Below, piece by piece: positions 10,981 through 25,230 of a stretch of DNA of 64,000 nucleotides. The stretch is from the NCBI RefSeq assembly GCF_009914755.1, contig NC_060942.1; one strand, written 5' to 3'. Below the pieces are notes generated by a model. That model was not told the origin of the DNA. It worked only from the letters and a program-made list of their open reading frames with translations, and ran no database searches. A program made the position numbers and the translations under genes. Within the stretch, counting starts at the first letter, position 1, and each line of letters begins with the position of its first letter. Source of the DNA: the human T2T-CHM13v2.0 reference genome, Homo sapiens.

Positions 10981-13900
10981 CACATTTCCTACAAAAAGGG
11001 AAAGCCCCCATCTTTTGATATTGAGTTTGTATATACTAATACCTTATGACTAAAATAGAATGTCATGTACTGAGCAGCAGAAGTTGGCTTCTATTGATAT
11101 AATACTGGTATTGGGAAAAACCTGAGAAAAATAGCAAAGCAGTTTGGATGAATCCTTGACTAGACCTAAACTGTTAGTAATTTCCAAATTTACATGGACT
11201 TAAAATCATTTAAAACTTAAAAGTGAAGCTGTGAAAGCTTTGGTTAGACCTATTCTGGATTAGATCAGGACCTGGAGGCACGCTAAAATAGGAATCAAAT
11301 TTTAGGATGTCCTATGATCACATTTCCCATTGAAGGGGTTGACTAGAGACTTGTCTACTGAGTTAAGTTCATAAAAGAATTTGAGCCTTTTAGCTAGATT
11401 AGAGATTATGGAGCATGGTACTTGCTACTTTGAAAGCTGAGGTTCTGAACGTTATTATGCATTCAGAGGGTTAAAAGTCTATTAATAATCCCGTCAAGGA
11501 AAAGAAAGTTGTAAAGGAAGCAAATGACCAACTCAATCAGCAACTTGATTATGACATAATTTATTAACTTTTCAAAATGACACAAAATAAACAAAGCAGA
11601 AATGCCCTGTTTATGCAGGTAGAGAAATTTGGAACTTTGTAGAAATTGTCACAAATCTGATTTTATTAGTTGACTTCCAATGTATTGACTCTTCTACCAA
11701 ATAATTTTGAAAAGAGCCTGTCTTTAGTATGCAATAGCTATCCTTTAATTAAGAAAAGAAACACTTTTGAGAGAGTTTAAATATTTTTCTGATCTTTATG
11801 GCGGTGATTACTAAGACACAGAAAAACACATATTTTAATTTGTGAACTGTAATATCAGTATCTTTATTCCACTTTCTAACCCAAAAGAAAAGATTAAAAA
11901 TTTGATGTTTTTTGTTTTGCCCAAATTTACTGATATTTACGTTTTGTAAGAATTTCATTACATATTATGCGTTAACCAAAATTTAATTTCCATAAATACT
12001 TAAGTGTGCAAATTAAGAACACATTAGATTTGATAGTCTAGTTGATTTTCTAAATTTCTCTTTAATTTCTACTTTTAACATGATCCTATGAGCAAGTCCA
12101 TGGTACAGCCAGTTCCTGCATTTTGACAGTGGCATATGGATTTATTCAACATTCATCCATCCGACATTTTCATCTAGCTGCAATAGCTATGATAAAGTCC
12201 AAAGTTAACAGTCTGGTGTTCGTGTCCCTTGTAACAGAGAAGAAAATACATTTTTTTCTGGACCCAAATATTGCTTTATTTCCCACTAGCCATATGGCTT
12301 ATCTTTTCTTCCAAAATATGTCTTAAAACAGTAATCCACATATTCGTCCTCAACTCAGTGGACAGTACTATTATAGAATTTTTAGATTATTTTTAGAAGT
12401 TATTTTGTCATAGAAAATAAAAACTATTTGGGGATGAAGGAGCAACACACCTATGCTCAATTCCCACTATATTTTCGATACTTCCAGTTTTTATTCTGAT
12501 TTCTGCTGAGTGAACCAATTCATATCTTACCATCATCATCTAGCCCTTATATCTTATTTAAAGTGCATGATTAATCATTTTAGGACATTTGTTTAACTTG
12601 CAGTATAAAAGTGACAAGAATGGCACACAAAGATTTCTTGGCTAAAACCACAGACTCCAGAAATAGTTTTTACAGGGGAACCATCTGAGCTTAAACACCA
12701 GAATCTGTAAAATAGTGGTAACAATGCTAACTTTGAAATAAGGGAAGCTGAAGGAATAACCACCCCCAGTTTTCCTGGGATCATACTAATAGGATTTAAG
12801 AGCAAGGTAAGAAAAAAAAGTTTTAGATTTCCCTTTTATTTTTTGTCTTCTAAAATGAACATCCCCCAAGTCTTTAAGAAAGTCTTTAACTAATCTTCTT
12901 GATCAAAAAACAGAAAATATTTAGATGTTCCAAAAAAAGTGCTTATAGTAGTTTATGTGGAGTTTTGGAAATGAAAGCTAACTTAAAAAAATTAAGTGTT
13001 CATGTTAAATGCAAAAATACATCTTAGGCAATTCAACTTCAACTGTCTCCTTTCCTGATTTTGCTAACCTGGTAAAGAAGAGCACCAACATGAGGGTGAT
13101 ACACTTGCATTTATCTTAATGAATGTTATTTTTGGATTGAATCAATCTTCAAGGCACAGTCTTACACATTTGTGCATGAGATAGAATTTGTCTAACATAT
13201 TGTACAGCATAATTTATTAATAACCTCACTAGGTACAATGAAGCTATGAATCAATTGAACATTGAAGAGTCATGTTAGCCAGTAATGTATAATTTGGTGT
13301 GATGATTGGAGCAAACACCTACACAGAAAGGGAAGATGGAACAGCTCCTCGAGGGTCAATGGTAGAGAATGGGTTATGAAGAAAGCTGTTTGAGAGAATA
13401 TTTATGGGTGTATGTGTACATGTAGGAAAACAAATATAAATGAACTTTGAAATATGGGTGACCCTTGAAAGTGCAAGATTTATTTCAAGAACACATAACA
13501 GTTTTTAATGTTTATGCACGCAACAACAGTACATCAAAAAATGTCAGGCAAAAATTGATAGAATTGCAAAGATAAATAAACAAAGCCACTACTATGGTTG
13601 AGAATTCAACATTCCCCTGCCAGTAATTGATAGACAATGCAGGCAAAAAGTCAGTGAGGCTATAGGCAACCTGAACAGTACTATCAATCAACTTGATTGA
13701 AGTGATATGTTTAGAGTATTCCTTCCAACAACAGCAGAATGCACATTCTTCTCAAGCTCACATGGACATATACCAAGGTATAACACATTTTGGATGAAAC
13801 AACAAAACTCACAAACTTAAAAGAACAGAAGTGATACAACATATGTCCTCAGACCACAAGAAATTAAATTAGAAATCAATAACAGAAAGAAAGCTGAAAA

Positions 13901-15176
13901 AAATCCCCCAAATTTGGAGATCAAGCAAAACACTTATGAATAGCAATTGGGTCAAATAAGCTTTGACAGAAAATTTTTAAATATTTTATACCAAATTATA
14001 ATAAAAATGCATCTTACTAAACTTTGTGATATGTAACAAAAACAGTCCTTAGGGGGAAATTTATAGTTTTAAAAGCATATCTTAGAAAAGAAGATGTAAA
14101 AGCGATAACCTAACATTCCACCACAGGAAACTAAGAAAGATCAAATTAAGCCAAAATCAAGAAGAAGAAAGGACATAATACAAAATTAGAGCAGAAATTA
14201 TTGAAATTGTAAATAGGAAAGCAGTAGAGAAAATCTGCAAAACCAAAATCTTATTCTTTGAAAAGACCAATATAATTTTTAAAAAACTTATAGCCAGACT
14301 AACCAAGAAAAAAGAGAGAAGACACAAAGTACCTAATGCAGAAATAAAAGAGAAAATAATATCCCATAGACATTAGAAGGATGGTAAAGGAATAGTATGA
14401 ACAATTCTATGCTCATAAATTTGATAACTTAGTTAAAATGGACCAATTTCTTGAAAGACAGAAACTACCAAACTTAAAACAAGGATAGATCAACAAGTTT
14501 AATAGATTTATATCTATTTATAAATTTGATTAATCAATTAGTGATCTTTCCAAAACGAAGGAACCTGACCCAGATGATTTTATTGGTGACTTTTTTTCTG
14601 AATTCTACCACTTAAGGAAAAAATAATTTCAATTCTCCATAATATCTTCTAGAAAATAGATTAAAGGGGATACTTCCTAGCTCATTCTGTGAGGCCATCA
14701 TCACCTTAATACCAAAACCAGATAAAGACAACTGAAGAAAGAAAACATACAGACCAGTATCTCTCATGAATATAGATGCAAACATGCTAAAAAAAAACCT
14801 AGCAAATTATGTACAATATATGTTTAGAAATACATCATGACTAAATGAGATTTATTCCGGATATTGAAGGCTAATTCAATATTTGAAAACTAATCATTGT
14901 TATCCACCAATATAGAGGTTAAAGAAGAAAATTCATATGACTATATCAATTGACATCAGTAAAGCATTTGACAAAATCCAACACACATTCGTGATAAAAC
15001 TGTCATCTAATTAGGAATAGATGAAAACTTTCTCAGCTTGATTTTTAAAGATCTACAAAACTTCTAAAACTAACATCATACTTAGTAGTGATACTGGACG
15101 CTTTCCAAGTAGGAGACAAGGCAAGAATATCCTGTCTCTCCACTTCTGTTTAATATTGTATTAGAAGTCCTTTCCA

Positions 15177-15444
15177 GGCCGGGCGCTGCGGCTCACGCCT
15201 GTAATCCCAGCACTTTGGGAGGCTGAGGAGGGTGGATCACGAGGTCAGGAGATCGAGACCATCCTGGCTAACACAGTGAAACTCCGTCTCTACTAAAAAT
15301 ACAAAAAATTAGCCAGGCGTAGTGGCAGCGCCTGTAGTCCCAGCTGAGGCAGGAGAATGGCCTGAACCCGGAAGGCAGAGCTTGCAGTGAGCCGAGATCT
15401 CGCCACTGCACTCCAGCCTGGGCAACAGAGCGAGACTGTGTCTC

Positions 15445-15472
<28 letters not shown>
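15177..15472 (+). mobile_element. AluY
   Basis: GGCCGGGCGC start, AluY-type GAGATCGAGACCATCCTGGCTAACAC, poly(A) tail, imperfect TSD AAGTCCTTTCCA / AAATCCTTTCTA, and a ~12-bp deletion in the right arm. Confidence 0.93.
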
Positions 15473-15475
<3 letters not shown>

Positions 15476-15627
15476 TTTCTAATACAATAAAGCTGTAAAA
15501 ATATATATACACACTGGAAAGACAGAAAACTATTATTCCCAGGGAACATGATTGTCTATGTATAAAATCATAAATAATCTACAAACCAAAATTCCTGGAG
15601 CAAATAAGTGAGTATATAGCAAGGCTG

Positions 15628-16985
15628 TGAGAGGTGACAGCATGCTGGCAGCCCTAGCAGCCCTCGCTCGCTCTCAGCGCCTCCTTGGCCTTGGCGCCAC
15701 TCTGGCCACGCTTGAGGAGCCCTTCAGCCCGCCGCTGCACTGTGGGAGCCCCTTTCTCGGCTGGCCAAGGCTGGGAGCCGGCTCCCTCAGCTTGCGGGGA
15801 GGCGTGGAGGGAGAGGCGCGGGCGGGAACCCGGGCTGCGCGAAGCGCTTGCAGACCAGCGCCAGTTCCAGGTGGGCGTGGGCTTGGCGGGCCCCCACTCA
15901 GCGCAGCCGGCCCGCCCCGCTGGTCCTGGGCAGTGAGGGGCTTAGCACCTGGGCCAGCAGCTGCTGTGCTCGATTTCTCGCCTGACCTGCAGTCGGCCAT
16001 GCCTGAGCCTCCCCGACGAGCGCCGCCCCCTGCTCCATGGCTCCCAGTCCCATCCACCGCCCAAAGGCTGAGGAGTGCGGGCCCACGGCGCGGGACTGGC
16101 AGGCAGCTCCACCTGCGGCCCCTGTGCTGGATCCACTGCGTGAGGCTAGCTGGGCTCCTGAGTCTGGTGGGGACTTGGAGAATCTTTATGTCTAGCTAAG
16201 GGATTGTAAATACACCAATCAGCACTCTGTATCTAGCTCAAGGTTTGTAAACACACCAATCAGCACCCTGTGTCTAGCTCAGAGTTTGTGAATGCACCAA
16301 CTGGCACTCTGTATCTAGTTAATCTGGTGGAGACTTGGAGAATACTTGTCTAGCTAAGGGATTGTGAATGCACCAATCAGCACTCTGTATCTAGCTCAAG
16401 GTTTGTAAATGCACCAATCAGCACTCTGTGTCTAGCTCAGGGTTTGTAAATACACCAATCGACCCTCTGTATCTAGCTAATATAATGGGGACATGGAGAA
16501 CTTTTGTGTCTAGCTCAGGGATTGTAAAGGCACCAATCAGCACCCTGTCAAAACAGACCAATCAGCTCTCTGTAAAACAGACCAATCGGCTCTCTGTAAA
16601 ATGGACCAATCAGCAGGATGTGGGTGGGGCCAGATAAGAGAATAAAAGCAGGCCGCCCCAGCCCATGGTGGCAATCCACTGGGGTCTCCTTCCATACTGT
16701 GGAAGGTTTGTTCTTTTGCTCTTTGCAATAAATCTTGCTACTGTTCACTCTTTGGGTCCAGACTGCATTTATGAGCTGTAACGCTCACCGTGCAGATCTG
16801 CAGCTTCACTCCTGAAGCCGGCGAGACTGTGAACCCAGCAGAAGGAAGAAACTCCGAACACATCTGAACCTCAGAAGGAACAAACTCGAGACAGGCCACC
16901 TTTAAGAATTGTAACACTCACCGCGAGGGTCCGCGGCTTCATTCTTGAAGTCAGTGAGACCAAGAACCCACCAATTTTGGACACA
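15628..16985 (+). mobile_element. LTR12C (ERV9) solo LTR
   Basis: Starts TGAGAGGTGACAGC and ends TTTTGGACACA; GC-rich U3; ~41-bp tandem CCAAT-containing repeats (TCTAGCT...CACCAATCAGCACTCTG); AATAAAA at 16641; 4-bp TSD GCTG/GTTG. Confidence 0.93.
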
Positions 16986-17849
16986 GTTGTAGGATACAAA
17001 TTCAAGATACAAAAATCAACTACTTTCGTATGTACAAGTAAGAACAATTAGAATTTGAAATTTGAAATTACTATTTACAATACACCAAAATAAAAATACT
17101 TCTGTATAAATCTTAAGAAAATGTATAAACTCTACGTGTAGAAAACTACAAAACTCTAAGTAATCAAAAAAGATCTAAATAAATGTAGTGATGTCCCATG
17201 TTTATGAATTGGAGAACTTAGTATTTTAACAATGTCAGTTCTTTCCAAATTGTTTATAGATTCTATGAAATTCCAATCAAAATCCCAGAAGCTATTTGTA
17301 GATATCAACCAGCTGATTCTAAAATTTATACAGGGAGTTAAAGGAACTAGAATAATCAACATACTATTAAAGAAGAATAAAGTTGGAGAACTTAACCTAT
17401 CAGATTTCAACTTGTTATAAAGCTACAACAATCAAGACAGCATGCTATTAGTGAAACACCAGACACATAGATCAATGGAACAGAGAGCCCAGAATTAGAA
17501 TCAAACAAAATATAACATTTTTGCGAAAGTGCAAAGACATTTCAATGGAGAAAGGTGGTCTTTTCAAGCCATAGAGCTGTAACAATGGGATGTCTATATG
17601 CTTAAATATGAACCTAGACATAGCTCTTACACAATTTACCAAATGAAACTCAAATAGGTAATAGACTTAAATGTAAAATACAAAACTGTAAAATTCCTAG
17701 ACGAAAACATCAGAGAAAAATTGCTGGAACCTTGAATATGGTGAGGAGTTTTGAGACAAACACTGTAGGTACCAATCCATGAAATAGAAAAAATAGGTAA
17801 GTTGGTGTTTCAGATTAAAATGTTTTAGTTTTTAATTTATTTTTGTTTT

Positions 17850-18040
17850 TTCAAATTTAGTATTTTTAATTGACAAAATTATATACATATTTTCTTGCAC
17901 AATGTAATAATTTGAAGTACATATACATTGTGGAATGATTAAATCTAGCCAATTAACATATGCATTACCTCACATAGTTACCATTTTTGTGGTGAGAGCA
18001 CTTCACATCCACTCTCTAGCATTTTTGAAGAATACAACAT
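17850..18040 (-). mobile_element. L1MA 3' end fragment
   Basis: ATTAACATATGCATTACCTCACATAGTTACCATTTTTGTGGTGAGA matches an L1MA-type 3' UTR in reverse. Confidence 0.75.
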
Positions 18041-21000
18041 TAGCTTTAGTAGTACTTCTTTCCAAGTAATCTCCTATGCAAAGAATAAATACCACTAAAG
18101 ACGAAAACTATGGATGTAATATCCTTATTTGGAAAAAAATTCAGTGTTGTTTACCCTGTGAATTTGTGTATAGAAGACTCTTAATACTCAGACTGGAGAT
18201 TATTCAAATTCAAGAAATTGCTTCTACTCCTGGTTCCAGGGCAAGTCATTTAGAAGACCAAATTGTTTATGTAAATTATCCATCTACTGATTGGTCTTTA
18301 GATAGAATTTAAGGGTGCGTTTGTTTGCTGAAGAGTAGCGAAAAGAATGTTTTTCTTAGTTATGTCCAGTTTTTTTTTTTTTGCAGGGCTTTGCTTTTTC
18401 ACTTTTACATGTCTATGATCATCTCACATCTTTGTTGGTTCTGGGATTCTTATGGTGTCCAAAGACAATATAAACAGCACTTGTTTTTAAATGACTGTAT
18501 TGTAATGATGGTGAGCACTGGAAAGACAGCTACATTCTGTCCTTAGGAGAGCTGCACTTTACTGACTGGTGGAGTGATGGACGTAATTTAGAAGACATCT
18601 ATGATGAATTTCTTCACTCACAAAGCACAAAGCACTTTACTTCACAAAGCACATTAATGCTTGCTCAAATTTTCCAGGTTTGGCCACTGGGAGCTGTTGT
18701 AATTGGCTCCTGTGTTCCTTTGACATAACTTATCATGGTTCCTTATTTTGCTTTATGATTTTGTTTTGTTTTGTTGCTTCTTACATTCTGGCATTACAAG
18801 ATCTCCAGGATCAACTTTAATGTTAATTTCCTGCGTCAGTCCAATAATCAGCCATTTCTCTAAGGAGCCCTGGTTCCTTCTATTTTACAAGATCTCAGTG
18901 TTAACTATGCCCATTGCTACAGAGGTGTTATTCTAGACCCTCTCAGATCATAGAGCAAGGAAACATACATGTGTATATACTACCTTATGTATTACATACC
19001 TGAAAACACTTCCATACGCAGCTGCCTGTGTCTGTATTAAGTTAAAACTTGAGTTAACACTGATGTCTCCAACTCTAATCCATGAACACATAGGTCATTC
19101 TAACTCCCTCCACTTGCTTATCTGTAAATTTCCATCCCAACAGTGGGAAATCTGTCTCCTACCACCTGACATCCGTTTACTTAATTGTTCAATTCATGTA
19201 TACATGTATATAAGCATCAGAATTGTTAACTCTTACCCTCATGGAAAATAAATTTATTAACTGGATACTTTCTTTTGCTTTTAGTTTCGTAGACTCCTTA
19301 TTTGCAAGACTACTTAGGTTTTCACCTCTTTCCACTTCAATGAGATTGTAATCATACATTTGTAATATAGTTGATTTTTTTTCTGTCATGTTCTGCATTC
19401 CATCTTGGGATTCCCTGACCTCTGAAATGTTTTTCTTTTTTAAATTTGCATACATTCAGGTTCACTCTGTAGTAAAGGTCTATGGTTTTTGATAAATGTA
19501 TAGTGTCTTATATCCACCATTACCGTATTTTCCTTTAAAAACTCCCGTTCCTCACTTATTCAAATCGTTCCCATCCTAATCACCTGGGAACCACTGATTG
19601 TTTGCTATTTCTATGGTTTTTCTGTTTCAGAATGCCATATAATTAGAAAGAGATGGTATGTAATTGTTTTAGACTGTCACCTGGCAATATAAGATTTAGC
19701 AGTGTCTTTTTATGGTTTGATATTTCATTTGCTTTTGTTTCTGAACAAGATTCCCTTGGATAGATGTAGCACAGTTTGTTTACCCTATTACCTACTAAAG
19801 GACTCTTGGTCATTTACAGTTTTTGATGATAAAGCTGGTATAAACTTTCACAAGCAATTTTTTGTATGGACATAAATTTTCAAATCATTTGGGTTGAAAG
19901 CTAGGCATGCAATTGCTAGACTGTATGACAAAACTATGTTTAGCTTTGTAAGAAACTGCCAAACTCTTCCAAAGCAACTGGACCATTTTGCAAGCCCATC
20001 AGCAATGAATGAGAGTTCCTGTTGCTCCACAACTCCCAGAAATTGGTATTGTCAGATTTTTTTTTTAATTTTAGCCATTCTAATAAGTATATCATGGTAT
20101 TTCAATTTTGTTTTAATTTGAAATTCCCTAATGTAATATATATTGAGCCTATTTTCATAGACTTGTTTGCCATCTGTATAATTTCTTTCTTTGGTGAGGT
20201 ATGTGTTCAGATCTTTAGCTATATTTTAATTAAGTCATTTGTTTTCTTATTAAGTTTTAAAAGTTGTTTGTATATTTTAAATATAAGTACATTATCTTGT
20301 ATATGTTTTGCAATATTATCTCCCAATCTGTAGCTAGTTTTTCATTCTCTTAATTGTGTTTTTCATAGGGAGATGTTTTTATTTTTAACAAGATCCAAAT
20401 CTCCTTTTTTCTCAAATTATGCTTTTATTATTGTATATAAAACTCATTTCCAAACTGAAGTTCACATAGACTTTTTTTCTAAGTTTTATAGTTTTAGGTT
20501 TTACATTTAGGTCTATGATATTTTTGAGTTAGTTTTTATGGAAAATATAAGGTCTATGTTAGCCTTTTCTTTTATTTTGCATATGACTGTCCAGTTGTTC
20601 CAGCATCATTTCTTGAAAAAATATCTTGTTTTGCATTGAATTGCCTTTGCTCCCTTGTCAGTATATTTGTGTTCATTTCTGGATCTCTGTTCCATTGACA
20701 TGTGTCTATTCTTTAGCCAAGAAAATGGTATCTTGAGTACTGTGAATTTATAGTAAAATTTGAAATTGGGTCTTGTGTGTCCTACATTTTTGTTCTCCTT
20801 CTTCAGTATAGTGTTGGCTCTGCAAGTTTTTTTTTTAATACTTTCTACATAAATTTTAGAATCAACGTGTTAATTTCTACAAAATAACTTGAGTTTGGTA
20901 GTTTTCTACATATAGATTTTCTATATCATTTGTTAGATTTATACCTAAGTATGTCATAGTTTTCTGATGCCATTGTAAATGGTATTTTAAAATTTCAAAT

Positions 21001-23376
21001 TACAAGTATTCATTGCTGCTTTATGGAAAAGCAAATTGACTTTTGTAATATTGATCTTGTAGCTTGCAATCTTGCTTTAATCACTTGTTTGTTCAATAAA
21101 ATTTGGTTTAAAGATTATGTAGGGTTTTCTCCATAGACAATCATGTCATCTGCAAACAAAGGTAGATTTATTTCTTCCCTCCAAATGTACCTTTTATTCT
21201 CTCTGTCTGTCTTTCTCTCTCTCTCTCTTTTTTTTTTTTAATCTTATTTCACTAGCTAGGACTTCTAGTATGATGTTAACTAGGATTCCTAAGACAGGAC
21301 ATTCTTGCCTTGTCCCTGATCTTAAGAGGAAAGTGTCAATTTCTCACCATTTAAGTACGTTAGCTGCAGTTGGCATTTTGTTTTTCAAATGTTAATCATT
21401 GAGTTACAAAAGTTCTTCTCTACTCCTAGCTTGCTGAAAGATCTTGTAATGAATTGGTGTTGGATTTTTGTCAAATGTTTTATCTATGTCAATTGATATG
21501 ATCATATTACTTTTCTTCTGTAATCTGTTGAAGTGACAGAAAACCAAAATTGATTTTCAAATGTTGAACCAGCCTAGTATACTTGGAATAAATCCAAGCT
21601 GGCTGTGGTGTATAATTGCTTTTCTATGTCATCGTATATAATTTGCTAATATTGTGTTGAGGATATTTACATCTATGTTCAAGAGAGATACTGGTCTGTA
21701 GATTTCTTTTTTTGGATTTCTTTATGGTATTTATAATACCTCACTTCAGTATTAAAGTGATGATGCCCTCATAGAATGAGTTAGGAAGTGCTCACACTGT
21801 CTCCACTTTCTAGACGAGATTATGGAGAATTGAAATCATTTATTTCTTAAATGGTATACTTCCATAAAATTCACTAATGAAACAATCTGTATCTGGTAAC
21901 TTCTCTTTTGAAAGGTCGCTAATTGTTGATTCAAATTCTTATTATTTTCTTCATTGTTTTAAACTTTTATTTTAGATTCAGGGGTACATGTCCAGGTTTG
22001 TTATTTAGGTAAAGTTGTGTCACAAGTTTCATCACCCATGTATTAAGCCTTGTACTCAATAGTTATTTTTTCTGCCCTATTCCTCTCCCTCCCGCCCTCA
22101 AGTAGACTCCAATGACTGCTGTTCCCCTCTTTGTGTCCATGTGTTCTCATCATTTAGCTCCCACTTATAAGTAAGAACATGCAATATTTGGCTTTCTGTT
22201 CCTGCGATAGTTTGCTAAGGATAATGGCCTCCAGATCCATCTATGTCCCTGCAAAAGACATGATTTTGTTCTTTCTTAGGGATGCATAAATTCTCATGGT
22301 GTATATGTACCACATTTCTAAAAAATTCCAGTATACCATTAATGGGCATTTATGTTAATTCCATGTCTTTTCTCTTGTGAATCGTGCTGCAATGAACATA
22401 CACATGTGTGTGTTTATGATAGAACAATTTGTATTCCTTTTGGTATATATACCCAGTAATGGGACTGCTAGGTTGAATGGTAGTTCTGTTTTTAGCTCTT
22501 TCAGGAATTACCACACTGCTTTCCAATATGGTTGAACTAAGTTATACTCCTACCAACAGTGTATAAGCATTCACTTTGTTCTGCAATTTTGCTAGCATCT
22601 GTTGTATTTTGACTTTTTAGTAATAGCCATTGTGACTGGTGTGAGATGGTATCTCATTGTGGTTTTGATTTGCATTTCTCTGATGATCAGTGATATTGAG
22701 CTTTTTAAAATATGCTTGTTGGCTGCATCTATGTCTTTTTTTGAAAAGTGTCTGTTTATGTCCTTTGCCCACTTTTTAATGCACTTGTTAGTTTTTTTCT
22801 TGTAAATTTGATTAAGTTCCTCATAGATGCTAGATATTAGACCTTTCTCAAATATTTTCTCCCATTCTGTAGGTTGTCTGTTTACACCGTTGATAATTTA
22901 TTTTCCTATTCAGAAGCTCTTTAATTAAATCCCATTTTTCAATTTTTGCTTTTGTTGCAATTGCTTTTGGCATTTTTAACATGAAATCTTTGCCAATTCT
23001 TAAGGCCAGAATGGTATTGCCTAGGTTATCTTCCAGGGATTTTATAGTTTAGGGTTTTACATTTAAGTCGGGAATCCATCTTGAGTTGATTTTTGTGTCT
23101 GATGTAAGGAAGCTATCTCGTTTCAATCTTCTTCAATCTTCTTCATATGACTAGACAGTTATCCCAGTACCCTTTATTGAATAGAGTTCTTTCCCAAGTG
23201 CTTGTTTTTGTCACCTCTGTCAAATAACAGATGGCTGTAGGTGTGTGGCCTTATTTCTGGGCTGTCAATCCATTCTATTGTTCTATGTGTGTGTTTTTGT
23301 ACTAGTACTATGCTGTTTTGGTTATTGTAGCCATGTAATATAGTTTAAAGTTGGGTAAAGTGATGCCTCCTTTTTT

Positions 23377-24382
<1,006 letters not shown>

Positions 24383-24942
24383 CTAGTTCTGTGAAGAATA
24401 TTATTGGTAGTTTGATAGGAATAGCACTGAATCTATAAATTGCTTTGGGCAGTATGGCCATTTTAATAATATGTATTCTTTCAAACCATGAGCATGGAAT
24501 GTTTTTCCATTTGTTTATGTTATTTTTGATTTCTTTCAACAGTGTTTTATAATTCTCATTATAGAGATCTTTCACCTCCCTGGTTAGCTGTATTCCTAAG
24601 TATTTTATTCTTTTTGTGGCAGTTGTGAGTGTGATTGCATTCCTGATTTGACTCTTGGTTTCGTTGTTGGTGAACAGGAATGACAGTGATTTTTCTATGT
24701 TGATTTTATAGCCTGAGACTTAGCTGAAGTTGTTTATCAGCTGAAGGAGCCTCTGAGAGAAGACTATGGGGTTTTCTAGATATAGAATTACGTCATCTGA
24801 AAACAGGGATAGTTTGACTTCCTCTCTTTCTATTTGGATGCCTTTTATAACTTTCTCTTGTCTGATTGCTCTGTCCAGGACTTCCAATATTATGTTGAAT
24901 AGGAGTGGTGAGAGACCAGATCATTATCTTGTGCTGGTTTTC

Positions 24943-25230
24943 CTTTTTTTTTTTTTGAAACAAAGTCTCACTCTGTCACTCTGTTGCCCAGGCTGGAGTG
25001 CAGTGCTATGATCTTGGCTCACTGCAGCCTCCACCTCCTGGGTTCAAGCAATTCTTGTGCCTCAGCCTCCTGAGCTGAGAATACAGGAACCTGCTGATTT
25101 TTGTATTTTTAGTGAAGATGGGGGTTCACTATGTCGGCCAGGGTGGTCTCAAACTCCTGGCCTCAATATGATCTGCCTTTCTTGGCCTCATAAAGTGCTG
25201 GGATTGTAGGCATGAGCTACCTTGCCTGGC
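24943..25230 (-). mobile_element. Old Alu (AluJ/S grade)
   Basis: Poly(T) followed by a diverged reverse Alu ending CCTGGCC; TSD-like TGCTGGTTTT on both sides. Confidence 0.88.

Larger units (their letters stand above)
13480..17820 (+). mobile_element. Old L1 (L1M) ORF2 relic, split by an AluY and an LTR12C
   Basis: A-rich decayed ORF2 with motifs such as ATGAATATAGATGCAAA, AAAGCATTTGACAAAATCCAACA and ACATAGATCAATGGAACAGA; many stops and frameshifts. Confidence 0.88.

Noticed and set aside
15627-16199. 190-aa ORF
   Set aside because: It lies wholly within the GC-rich LTR12C U3 region.
16150-16620. Regular ~41-bp repeats resembling a CRISPR array
   Set aside because: These are tandem U3 enhancer repeats of LTR12C: no unique spacers, no cas genes, eukaryotic context.
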